32,000 bases of DNA from contig NZ_CP042905.2 in NCBI RefSeq assembly GCF_008000775.2, forward strand, positions 3,300,001 through 3,332,000, read 5' to 3'. Below are positions 23,466 to 31,968 of the stretch, in pieces. A program made the translations under genes and the position numbers. Under the pieces are notes generated by a model. That model ran no database searches, was not told where the DNA came from, and saw only the letters and a program-made list of their open reading frames with translations. The DNA comes from Promethearchaeum syntrophicum. Its GTDB lineage: Archaea; Asgardarchaeota; Lokiarchaeia; Sigyniarchaeales; Promethearchaeaceae. Positions within the stretch are counted from its first letter, which is position 1, and each line of letters starts with the position of its first letter.

Positions 23466-26400
23466 TTAAGCAGATTGAACAGCACTATTTTTACTTTCTA
23501 ATTGCTTCAATACGTTTCTAATTGACAAATTAATAACAGAAGTTACTCCCTCAATATTTGAAACCCCTAGTAGATGATCAACTCTAGCCATTGTAACATC
23601 TCTATGGGTTATTATAATAAATTGAGATTTTTCCGACAATTCTTTGACCATATCTGCAACTAAAGCTGCATTAACATCATCTAGCGCCGCATCAATTTCA
23701 TCAAGGATGTAATAAGGAGAAGGAACATGCATTTGAATACCCAGAATTAAAGCAATAATTGTTAAAGTTTTCTCTCCTCCACTCATTGCTTGAGTTAAGC
23801 ACCATTTCTTTTCTCCTGGTCGTGCCAAAATCAGAACACCTCCTTCAAATGGATCTTCTAAGTTTTCTAATTCTAACTTTGCTTCTCCGCCTTTGGACAG
23901 TCTGGAAAATATATATCCGAAATTTTTATTGATGGCATTAAATGTGTTTAGAAATACCTTTTTCTTTTCTTGTTCAAGAGATTCAATGAAATCCAAAATA
24001 GCTTCTCGTTCTTTTATGACACGCTCGTTTTTTTCTCCGAGTTCTTTGAATCTTTCTTCAATGTCAATATATTTATCTATTGCTCTAAGGTTTACAGCTC
24101 CTAATTGATTTTTTTGAAGCTCAATTTTCACAATTTCTTTTTGATGATTTGATTCTGATATTTTCAACAAATCTTCAGAAACTTCAATCTCTGGATTAAT
24201 AAAACATCCCCATTCGAGTATTTTTTGTTTGAACTCTGTGGTTTTTATTTCAAATGTATTTAGATTCATTTTAAGTGGGTAAACTTCATTTCCAATCTGC
24301 CCTACTTTTAATTGATTCTCTGACATGTTCATGGTTAAATTTTTCTTTTCATTCATTAATACAGTCAGTGCTTTACTTTTATGACTAATTTTCTCTTCTA
24401 GAACTTTGACTTTTACTTCATAGTCTTTTAAATCGTTTGAAAGTTCTTGAATTGAATTTGTAGTTTCTGCAATATCATGATTTCTTTGATTTAGTTGCGT
24501 TTGAGCTGTTGCTCTATTAGAACTAATAGTTTCGGTCAGTGAAGTGGATTTTTTGGTAAATTCAATTTCAATTTGAGTTGCTTCTTTTTGTAGATTTTTA
24601 AGCTGATTTTCATTTTGTTTTAATTGTTGTTTTATTGAAGATTCTTCTGATGAATCTAATTTTTCTTGAATTTCATTTTCTTTATTAATTAGATTAGTAA
24701 GAATTTTCTTGATTTTATCAATACCTTGCTCTAATTTTTCTTTTTGACTACTTTGACCATCAATTTCTTTGATAATCTCTTCAATTTCATTCTCATTATT
24801 ACTAATTGTCATTAACAATTGCTCAATACTAGCTTTACATACAGCGATTTGTTCGCTAATTTCTTTTGTCTTATTTGCGCCAGTTATTTTCAATTTATAC
24901 AAACGCGATATTTCTACACGATGAGCATTTATTTTAATGTCTAATTCACTGATTTGCCTATGGATTATTTGATGTGCACTTTCTAATTCTTTAATTTTTT
25001 GTTGGTCATTATTGTTATCAAAACCTAATCCTTTAGATTTCGTTTTCTGTCCACCAGTCATTAAATTCGACCCTTCCACTACATCTCCTTCTAATGTGAC
25101 TCTTTTAGCAGGAATTTTTAAACCACGGGCAGTTGGAATATCTTCAACAATAACACATCTTCCAAAGACATATTCAAAAGCATCTCTATATTTTTCAGAA
25201 AATTCGATCAAATCTACAGCCCGACCAATTATTTTTGAATCTTCAGGTAATCGAGAGATAAAAGGTTTATAATGAATGTTTTCAAGTGGGATAAAGGTGG
25301 CTCTCCCTAATTTGTTCTTTTTAAGATGATTTATACACTTTTCAGCAACTATTTGGTTTTCTACTACAATGAAATTGAAGCGATTTCCAGCAGCATATTC
25401 CATTGCAGTGTAATATTTTTTTGAGGTTGAACCTAACTGCGAAATTGTTCCAAAAATTCCTTTAATTTTCCCGGTTTTACTTAAATTTAATATTGCACGT
25501 TGAGCCCTGTTATTTGAAGTTATATGGTTAAGTATTTTTACCTTTGATTTTAATTCAAAAAGTTCTTTTTGAGTTTTATTTGAAATTGAGGTCATTTCTT
25601 TACGGTTAATATTCCACCCTTCGATTTCTTTTTCCATTCGGTTTATTTTTTTCTCAATTCCGTTTTTTGAGAAGTCTATATCCTCCAACCCAAGTTTTTG
25701 TTTTCTTTCAATCTTTAGATTCTCAATTTTAATTTTTAATCCAGCTAAAACATTGTGACTATCGAATATTTTTTTCTCAAGTTTTGATTTAGACTCGGTT
25801 AAACCTTCAATTTTCTGTTCAATTAACCGTAGATCACCAGAACACTGATTTTTCTCCTCTTTAATTTGATCAATTTCGATTTGTAATCTTTTTGAATTTT
25901 CTTTTATTTGAATGTATTCAACATCAATTGTTGACAGTTTTTTTTCTAAATCTTGAATAATTTGTGTTTTTTCATTGATTTGCGCAATAATTTTTTGTTT
26001 CTTGGCTTCTATCTTCTTAATTTCTTTTTTTAAATTTTCTTCTTGTTCATTTATTTGGTTTAGCCGTTCTTGAAGTTCCAATTGTTCTTGCTGGTAAGTT
26101 TTTAGGTTCTTTTTAGCATATGATAAAGATGTTTTTAACTCTGTCACTTTATTTTTCAAATCTTTAAGCTTGTTTGTCATTTGAAGTAATTCAGAATCCT
26201 GCAATTTTTGAATTTTTGGCTCCAATTCTTCTATCTTTTGCTTAAGGGTCTCAATTTCCTCTTTTAATTGCACTTCTTTTTTTTCAATTTCAGCAATTTT
26301 AATGTTGACCTCTATTTTTTCTTCAGCCATTTTTTCAATTTTTTCCTCAGACGTTTGGATCTTCACTTTATATAGTGCATTTGTTCTGATTTTCTCTTGG

Positions 26401-27059
26401 GACGTTAATTCAAGATATTTCTCAGCATTAATTTTCTCTTTTTTTAAATCTTCCAATTGAAGGTAAACTTCATTAAGCAATAATGCAATCTGTCCGAGAT
26501 TTGTCTGAACCTGCATTAATTCATCTTCAGCTGATATCTTTTTATCATTATATGACGCGATCCCTGCAATATCTTCAATTAACTCGCGACGTTCATTTGA
26601 ATTCATATTAATTAAGCGGAATAATTCACCTTGCATAATCATATTTGATGAGTTTGGAAGTATTCCGGATAAATCTAACAAGTTTATTATAGCTTTACGG
26701 GTTGATCTCTTTCCATTGAGTTTATATATTCCATTACCTTTACGATCTATTTTTCTAAGGATGCTAATTTCTGGTAGATCCAAAGAAAATGAACGATCGG
26801 CATTATCAAAGAGAATTTCGACCGAAGCCGTATCTGATGGTCCCATTCCATGACCACCGTTTGAGATCAAATCTTTAATATTATTAGCTCGAAGAGATTT
26901 TGCAGAAAGAGCCCCCAAAACGAAAACAAAAGCATCTATTATATTAGATTTCCCCGAACCATTTGCTCCAACTATAGCGCTGAAACCCTCATCAAAATTT
27001 ATTACAGTTCTCTTTCTAAAACTCTTAAAACCGATACAAATCATTTTTTTAATAGCCAC
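23466..27059 (-). CDS. smc: Structural maintenance of chromosomes protein (SMC)
   Basis: 1197-aa ORF with a GTG start, giving MAIKKMICIGFKSF, as in SMC N-termini. Motifs are Walker A GANGSGKSN, long coiled-coil arms, the hinge GIFGTISQLG...YAAGNRFNFIVVEN, the signature MSGGEKT and Walker B YYILDEIDAALD. Confidence 0.95.
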   Translation of the reverse strand: MAIKKMICIGFKSFRKRTVINFDEGFSAIVGANGSGKSNIIDAFVFVLGALSAKSLRANNIKDLISNGGHGMGPSDTASVEILFDNADRSFSLDLPEISILRKIDRKGNGIYKLNGKRSTRKAIINLLDLSGILPNSSNMIMQGELFRLINMNSNERRELIEDIAGIASYNDKKISAEDELMQVQTNLGQIALLLNEVYLQLEDLKKEKINAEKYLELTSQEKIRTNALYKVKIQTSEEKIEKMAEEKIEVNIKIAEIEKKEVQLKEEIETLKQKIEELEPKIQKLQDSELLQMTNKLKDLKNKVTELKTSLSYAKKNLKTYQQEQLELQERLNQINEQEENLKKEIKKIEAKKQKIIAQINEKTQIIQDLEKKLSTIDVEYIQIKENSKRLQIEIDQIKEEKNQCSGDLRLIEQKIEGLTESKSKLEKKIFDSHNVLAGLKIKIENLKIERKQKLGLEDIDFSKNGIEKKINRMEKEIEGWNINRKEMTSISNKTQKELFELKSKVKILNHITSNNRAQRAILNLSKTGKIKGIFGTISQLGSTSKKYYTAMEYAAGNRFNFIVVENQIVAEKCINHLKKNKLGRATFIPLENIHYKPFISRLPEDSKIIGRAVDLIEFSEKYRDAFEYVFGRCVIVEDIPTARGLKIPAKRVTLEGDVVEGSNLMTGGQKTKSKGLGFDNNNDQQKIKELESAHQIIHRQISELDIKINAHRVEISRLYKLKITGANKTKEISEQIAVCKASIEQLLMTISNNENEIEEIIKEIDGQSSQKEKLEQGIDKIKKILTNLINKENEIQEKLDSSEESSIKQQLKQNENQLKNLQKEATQIEIEFTKKSTSLTETISSNRATAQTQLNQRNHDIAETTNSIQELSNDLKDYEVKVKVLEEKISHKSKALTVLMNEKKNLTMNMSENQLKVGQIGNEVYPLKMNLNTFEIKTTEFKQKILEWGCFINPEIEVSEDLLKISESNHQKEIVKIELQKNQLGAVNLRAIDKYIDIEERFKELGEKNERVIKEREAILDFIESLEQEKKKVFLNTFNAINKNFGYIFSRLSKGGEAKLELENLEDPFEGGVLILARPGEKKWCLTQAMSGGEKTLTIIALILGIQMHVPSPYYILDEIDAALDDVNAALVADMVKELSEKSQFIIITHRDVTMARVDHLLGVSNIEGVTSVINLSIRNVLKQLESKNSAVQSA

Positions 27060-27098
27060 GGAAATAATTTACCCCTTAATTTAAAAATTTGAAAATCT

Positions 27099-27151
27099 TG
27101 ATGATATGGATATTATTTGCATAACTAAGACAAAAAATGGTGATGATATGG
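27099..27151 (+). repeat. Perfect 11-nt direct repeat TGATGATATGG (two copies, 42 bp apart) in the smc/27269 divergent intergenic region
   Basis: The copies lie at 27099-27109 and 27141-27151. A partial third copy, TGATGAT, lies at 27190-27196. Function is unknown; an operator is only a guess. Confidence 0.5.
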
Positions 27152-27268
27152 GAGATACATCTAAATATTATTATGATAATTAACATTTTTGATGATTTTG
27201 AGTTAAAAAATAAATAAACATATTTTTAACAATATTAAACCAATTAATTAAATGAGGGAAGAAAGAAC

Positions 27269-28126
27269 ATGAGTGAAAAAGTAGTCTCAATAAAATGTCC
27301 GACTTGTTCGAAAGAGCAAACGATTAAAGTTCCAACATCGGTTTTTGAAGAGAAGAAAGGAGGAGGAACAATAAAAATTCAAATTCATCAAGGAATTTGT
27401 TGCGAACATTCTTTTCTTAGCTTCTTCAGTTCGGAAGGAGATAATAGAGGTTATGAAACATTCGATGCTGCAATAGATCTTACGAATTATCAAGATTCGA
27501 AGATTGAAATATTCTTAAAAGACATTTTGAAAAAATTTGGGGATCATACAATTAATTTAATGTTACATGCAATTTTAATTGATGCCAATATCATTGTTCT
27601 GCATGATAAGTATGTTCCTGATGATAATGTTAGCACCAAAAGATTGAATATTTTCCTTAATAAATGTTTACCTCCAGAGTATCAAAAACCATTATTATTC
27701 ACTTCAATGTTAGACAGAAACTATTATAAAACCCAAATTGATACAGCATTGGTTATTAATACGACTGGTATAGTTGAAGTTCAGCCTTGGGAAACCATTG
27801 AATTGAGTTGTGAGAAAAGAGTAATTTCTGAAGCTCTTAAAATACTCGACCCGCAATTACAGCCGGTTATCTTACAAGAAGAATTCAGACAGATTTTTGA
27901 AAAATGTAAGTATTTTTATGAAGTTTTAAAGGAGTGGCACTCGATTTACTTTCAAGACTTAATTAATCTTTTTAAAGCGCGATTCCCACCCAAGTTCAGT
28001 GAATATGATTATGCATTGTATGAACAAATTGTGAAATCGAGATTTAAAGGGGATACATCAAGAATCAAATCACCTGAAAAAGCCAAGAAAAAAAAGCAGC
28101 CATCATCAACGATTTACTTTTTTTAA
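27269..28126 (+). CDS. Hypothetical protein with an N-terminal zinc-ribbon-like Cys/His cluster
   Basis: 285-aa ORF. It has a GAGGGA Shine-Dalgarno-like element upstream. The N-terminus is KCPTCSKEQTIKVP...IHQGICCEHSF (CxxC ... CCxH). The rest is alpha/beta with no motif I recognise, and the C-terminal tail is basic (KAKKKKQ). Confidence 0.6.
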   Translation: MSEKVVSIKCPTCSKEQTIKVPTSVFEEKKGGGTIKIQIHQGICCEHSFLSFFSSEGDNRGYETFDAAIDLTNYQDSKIEIFLKDILKKFGDHTINLMLHAILIDANIIVLHDKYVPDDNVSTKRLNIFLNKCLPPEYQKPLLFTSMLDRNYYKTQIDTALVINTTGIVEVQPWETIELSCEKRVISEALKILDPQLQPVILQEEFRQIFEKCKYFYEVLKEWHSIYFQDLINLFKARFPPKFSEYDYALYEQIVKSRFKGDTSRIKSPEKAKKKKQPSSTIYFF

Positions 28127-28150
28127 TATATTTTCTCAGAGATATCTATA

Positions 28151-28963
28151 ATGTTGAAGATTTCTGAAATTCCAACTGAAATTGTTAACAAAATAGAAAT
28201 TATTTTCTGCGATATTGATGACACCCTAAGCTTTAAAGGGAAAATTCTACCTGAGACCTATTCTTCTCTATGGGATTTATTTAATAATAATATAAAAATT
28301 GTGCCAATTACAGGGCGATGTGCAGGTTGGGTCGATCACATTGCAAGATTTTGGCCTGTTTTTGGTGTTATTGGAGAGAATGGGGCATTGTACATGTATA
28401 TGGATAATAATAATAAATTAAGGAAAAGATATTTTCTAGAAAATCAAAAAGTTCCAGAAACGAAAAGAAAATTGGAATTGATTAAAAACAAAGTGCTAAC
28501 ACGGTTTCCCACTTGTAAAGTAGCTTCAGATCAACCTTATCGAGAGTTTGATTTAGCAATAGATTTTTGTGAAGATGTTCCACCACTTCCTATGGAAGAT
28601 GTCCAAGAAATTGTTAAAATTTACGAAAAATACGGTGCTACAGCAAAAATAAGCTCGATACACGTTAATGGATGGTTTGGTGATTTCGATAAGCTTAAGA
28701 TGACCAAACTTTTTGCAAAAGAAGTTTTGAAGTATGATTTAAAGGAAAATATGGATAAAATTCTTTTTGTAGGAGACTCCCCAAATGATCAACCGATGTT
28801 TAACTTCTTCAAGAATTCTGTGGGAGTTGCAAATATAATAAATTTTTCTGATCTAATTACGCATCCTCCAATGTATATTACTAAGAAGAAATCCGGAAAG
28901 GGGTTCACTGAATTAGTAAATATAATATTATCTAAAAGAAAGAAATTCATCTTAAAAAATTAG
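28151..28963 (+). CDS. HAD-superfamily phosphatase, subfamily IIB (Cof / sugar-phosphate phosphatase-like)
   Basis: 270-aa ORF. Motif I is FCDIDDTL (DxDxT), motif II is VPITGR, and motif IV is VGDSPNDQPMF. A cap-sized insert lies between motifs II and IV. Confidence 0.85.
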   Translation: MLKISEIPTEIVNKIEIIFCDIDDTLSFKGKILPETYSSLWDLFNNNIKIVPITGRCAGWVDHIARFWPVFGVIGENGALYMYMDNNNKLRKRYFLENQKVPETKRKLELIKNKVLTRFPTCKVASDQPYREFDLAIDFCEDVPPLPMEDVQEIVKIYEKYGATAKISSIHVNGWFGDFDKLKMTKLFAKEVLKYDLKENMDKILFVGDSPNDQPMFNFFKNSVGVANIINFSDLITHPPMYITKKKSGKGFTELVNIILSKRKKFILKN

Positions 28964-28968
28964 GTTGA

Positions 28969-29427
28969 TTAATCTGAGTCTTCAGCAATTTTTAACATTT
29001 TCATCAAGCTTTTTTGAATCTGTGATTCGATTTTTGAAGTAATATTATCTTCTTTAACGCTTATTATTGGTTTAATTACATCAAATTTTAAATAGGATAG
29101 AAGATCTTGAAGAGAATTAGCAGCATCCCCTCCACCACCATGAGTAATGAATCCAATAGCAGGTTTACCTTTAAAATTTTTTTTATATTCAAGAATTTCA
29201 TCAAAGAAAATTTTAATTTGGCCAGCTACATAGCTGTAATAGTCAGGACTTCCAACAATTATGCCAATGGATGCCCGTAAGGATTCAATATTCATCTCTT
29301 GTGCTTTCATCATCTCAATTTCATATCTATTTGGAATAAATTCACGAAATATATCCCAAAAACGTTTTGCGAGTTGATGAGTATTGCCATCTTTTGAATA
29401 ATAAAGAATGATAAATTTTTTTTTCAT
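28969..29427 (-). CDS. Flavodoxin-like fold protein (WrbA / multimeric flavodoxin / FMN reductase-like)
   Basis: The ATG is at 29427; the track starts 3 codons earlier at a TTG. Motifs are KKFIILYYSKDGNTHQLA, VGSPDYYSYVAGQIKIFFD and GFITHGGGGDA, matching the FMN-binding loop order of flavodoxin-like proteins. Confidence 0.7.
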   Translation of the reverse strand: MKKKFIILYYSKDGNTHQLAKRFWDIFREFIPNRYEIEMMKAQEMNIESLRASIGIIVGSPDYYSYVAGQIKIFFDEILEYKKNFKGKPAIGFITHGGGGDAANSLQDLLSYLKFDVIKPIISVKEDNITSKIESQIQKSLMKMLKIAEDSD

Positions 29428-29497
29428 ATAACTCAATTTTTGTAGTTTTACCTTATTAATTATTTCATGAATAAAATAGCAAATACGAAATATAATT

Positions 29498-30589
29498 TTA
29501 TTTATATTGATTTTTTGAAATTAACAAATGATCAACTAAAACTATTGCAGTAATTGCTTCAATTGCAATCAAAACACGGGGGACAATACAAGGATCATGA
29601 CGACCGATTATTTTTAAATTAGTTAATTTTTTTGTCTTAAAATTCAGAGTTTTTTGAGTTTTACCTATTGATGCTGTTGGTTTTATTGGCACATTAAATG
29701 TTATTGGAGTACCTATTGATATGCCGCCAATAATACCACCACAATGATTTGTTTTTGTTGATATAATCCCGTTTTTTAAAATATATAGATCGTTGTGTTC
29801 GGATCCTAGCATGTTTGCAGCTTTAAAACCTGTGCCGAACTCAATTCCTCTTGTTGAGGGTATTGAAAGAATAGCTGCAGCAAGATCACTTTCCAGGGAA
29901 TGAAACCATGGATCACCTATTCCGGGAGGATAATTTTTTATTTGAATTGTAACAACTCCTCCTACTGAATCTTTTTGTTTAATGAGATCTTCAATTAAAT
30001 TGATCATTCTTTTATCAAGGTCTGAATTCATTCCCCGTACAATGCTAGATTCCACTTTTTTTTGAATTTGCATTATAGAATAATGGTTTTCATCTTTTAT
30101 TGAACCAATCTGAGAAGTAAATCCTGCAATGTTAACACCGTACTGTTTTAAAATCATTTTTGCAATTGCACCTGCTGCAACTATTGGTGCAGTTAATCTA
30201 CCAGAAAACCTTCCGCCCCCTTTTAAATTGATTTTAGATCCATATCTCAATCGAGCAGGATAATCTACATGAGAAGGACGGTAAATATCTTCAAATTGTA
30301 AATAATCTTGGGAATGAGTGTTAATATTTGGGATGGCTATTCGTATATTTTCCCCTGTAGTAGTTTTATCTTTTACTCCATTAGTAAAATTAAATTTATC
30401 TGGTTCATCTCTCGTAGACATTAAATCATTCTGACCAGGTCTTCGTCGGTCCAATTCGTATTGAATAAAATCAAAATCAAGTTTTATATTTTTTGGCACT
30501 CCTTTTATTATAACTCCAATTTCCTCACTATGAGACTCTCCAAACAATTCAATCTGAAATAAACGACCAAAAATATCTCGATTTAACAT
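29498..30589 (-). CDS. aroC: Chorismate synthase
   Basis: 363-aa ORF. Motifs are LFGESHS, LDRRRPGQ, GGGRFSGRLTAP and IGRHDPCIVPR, collinear with AroC. Confidence 0.95.
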   Translation of the reverse strand: MLNRDIFGRLFQIELFGESHSEEIGVIIKGVPKNIKLDFDFIQYELDRRRPGQNDLMSTRDEPDKFNFTNGVKDKTTTGENIRIAIPNINTHSQDYLQFEDIYRPSHVDYPARLRYGSKINLKGGGRFSGRLTAPIVAAGAIAKMILKQYGVNIAGFTSQIGSIKDENHYSIMQIQKKVESSIVRGMNSDLDKRMINLIEDLIKQKDSVGGVVTIQIKNYPPGIGDPWFHSLESDLAAAILSIPSTRGIEFGTGFKAANMLGSEHNDLYILKNGIISTKTNHCGGIIGGISIGTPITFNVPIKPTASIGKTQKTLNFKTKKLTNLKIIGRHDPCIVPRVLIAIEAITAIVLVDHLLISKNQYK

Positions 30590-30600
30590 TAATTTTTCTC

Positions 30601-31170
30601 CTATTCTGATTTTTGGACAAATGAAAGAAGATAATTTCTAAGACTATTTACTGCTATTTGTAAATCTCCACTATTATCAATGATTATATCTGCATCGGGA
30701 TAATTTTGATTTTTTTTAGCACGATTGACACGCAATTTAAACATTTCATCATTTTCTGCTTCTCTCCCTCGTGATTTAATTCGAGCTAAAGTAATTTCAA
30801 AAGGGACTTTAACAAAAACTACTTTTAATTCAGGAAATAATCGGCGAGCATGCGGAATAATTGTTCGGCTAACGTTAATAATAACAATTTTTCCCTCAGA
30901 AAGCCATTGTTCTACTATTTTTGGAACTCCATAATCAAGATCATATATATGCCATGTTAGTGAAAATCTATTATTATTCTTCATTTTTATAAATTCTTTT
31001 GGAGTTACTGAGAGAAAGGGCTCTGTTTTGTGAGAAGGACGTGTTATATATCTCTTTGGAACTTTGATTGGAGTAATTTCTTCAGACCAATTTGATAAAA
31101 TTGCATTTAGTATAGAGTCCTTACCGCTTCCAGAATTACCAATTAATAAAAAAAGAACCCCATTTTTCAT
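30601..31170 (-). CDS. phnN: PhnN-like P-loop kinase (ribose 1,5-bisphosphate phosphokinase / guanylate-kinase-like family)
   Basis: 189-aa ORF collinear with PhnN. Motifs are IGNSGSGKDSILNAI, RYITRP, SLTWHIYDLDYGV, WLSEGKIVIINVSR, RIKSRGRE and IDNSGDL. It ends 11 nt upstream of aroC on the same strand. Confidence 0.7.
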   Translation of the reverse strand: MKNGVLFLLIGNSGSGKDSILNAILSNWSEEITPIKVPKRYITRPSHKTEPFLSVTPKEFIKMKNNNRFSLTWHIYDLDYGVPKIVEQWLSEGKIVIINVSRTIIPHARRLFPELKVVFVKVPFEITLARIKSRGREAENDEMFKLRVNRAKKNQNYPDADIIIDNSGDLQIAVNSLRNYLLSFVQKSE

Positions 31171-31176
31171 TTAAAT

Positions 31177-31968
31177 TCACTTTTCTTTTGTTGTTTCTTT
31201 ATTTCCTGTAGTAATTAAATTGATAGAATCTTGCAAACCATTAGATTTAAGTAGTGAATCTCGAAAATTTTGCTGTTTAGTATAATATTTCGCAAAATAC
31301 AACATAGTCTTAGCAAACCATTTGGAACGAAAAGAACGTTTAAATTCGAATTGTTCGTCCTTATATTCTTCTGGGGGTAATTTTTGTAGTTTATAACGTT
31401 TGAAAGTGAGACCTTTATAAAATACTTTCCACATATATTGATTTAATTTACTAAGAGTTTCTGGGCGATATTTATATAATTGTTCATAGATTTCAAAATC
31501 TGATATCGGAAAAAACTCAATCCATCTATTTTCTTTCCCATCTTTCTGTTTTTCTTTTGATATTAATTTTAGATTCCAATCTTCTTTCACCAAATCAGAA
31601 ATAATTGAAGGGATTCGTTTAACGGGTATCTTAGTTGCCTTTTGAATTTCTCCTGCAAATTCAGAAATATTTATTCGGAATTCTTTGGGATAATCTATAA
31701 TTTCAGTTATTCGTTTCAAATATTCAGTACGGACCAAATTTAATACTAAATCATGCTCATCTTGCGTAATTGCTTTATGAAGGATTTGTTCCTTTTCTTC
31801 TTGACTTTTTAAGAACGAAGCTTCATCTTTTATTTTTTTTCCGTATTGAACTGAAAGTGATTGAATGAAATAAGAAGCTTGATTTTTTGAAGAAGTATAA
31901 GAACCATTTCCAAAATTCATTCTTTTTCTTTGCTTCTTTCGAATCAAAGTTGAAAATCGATCTTGCAT
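31177..31968 (-). CDS. Hypothetical basic protein (possibly 5'-incomplete at the window edge)
   Basis: 263-aa ORF from the ATG at 31968. The same frame stays open for the remaining 32 nt to the window end (..REDELKAKKY-MQDRF..), so the true start may lie outside the window. The protein is Lys/Tyr/Phe-rich with no recognised motif. Confidence 0.55.
   Translation of the reverse strand: MQDRFSTLIRKKQRKRMNFGNGSYTSSKNQASYFIQSLSVQYGKKIKDEASFLKSQEEKEQILHKAITQDEHDLVLNLVRTEYLKRITEIIDYPKEFRINISEFAGEIQKATKIPVKRIPSIISDLVKEDWNLKLISKEKQKDGKENRWIEFFPISDFEIYEQLYKYRPETLSKLNQYMWKVFYKGLTFKRYKLQKLPPEEYKDEQFEFKRSFRSKWFAKTMLYFAKYYTKQQNFRDSLLKSNGLQDSINLITTGNKETTKEK

Noticed and set aside
27097-27165. The TGATGA-containing repeats could be the C and C' boxes of an archaeal C/D box sRNA.
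   Set aside because: The first box is preceded by T rather than a purine. No CTGA D' or D box follows at the required spacing of about 12 nt (TTGC and ATCT occur instead). The 42-nt C-to-C' distance is too long for the compact archaeal architecture.
27137-27217. A 26-codon mini-ORF (MVMIWEIHLNIIMIINIFDDFELKNK), and a tiny one at 27098, both beginning over the repeat.
   Set aside because: They are too short and too low in complexity, and there is no Shine-Dalgarno sequence. The shared MIW start is simply the translation of the DNA repeat.
4452-30934. Short ORFs of 60-94 aa from the track that lie antisense to, or out of frame within, larger genes. They are 4452-4649, 5302-5511, 6566-6805, 7642-7842, 9041-9235, 10057-10272, 10294-10476, 11098-11361, 12566-12748, 13364-13564, 14670-14909, 17212-17496, 21658-21840, 22349-22549, 22745-23005, 23893-24108, 25012-25272, 27287-27493 and 30725-30934.
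   Set aside because: Each is fully or largely embedded in a much longer ORF that has clear family motifs. Their translations are low-complexity, Ser/Phe/Leu-rich shadow-frame sequences with no motifs, and none has its own promoter-sized upstream region.
30601-31170. The P-loop kinase next to aroC could be a non-orthologous shikimate kinase.
   Set aside because: The protein matches PhnN-specific blocks (GSGKDS, RYITR, LxWHxxxLxYGV, NxSR, SRGRE, NSGDL) rather than AroK motifs, so the default call stays PhnN-like. The idea is retained only as an assay suggestion in the findings.
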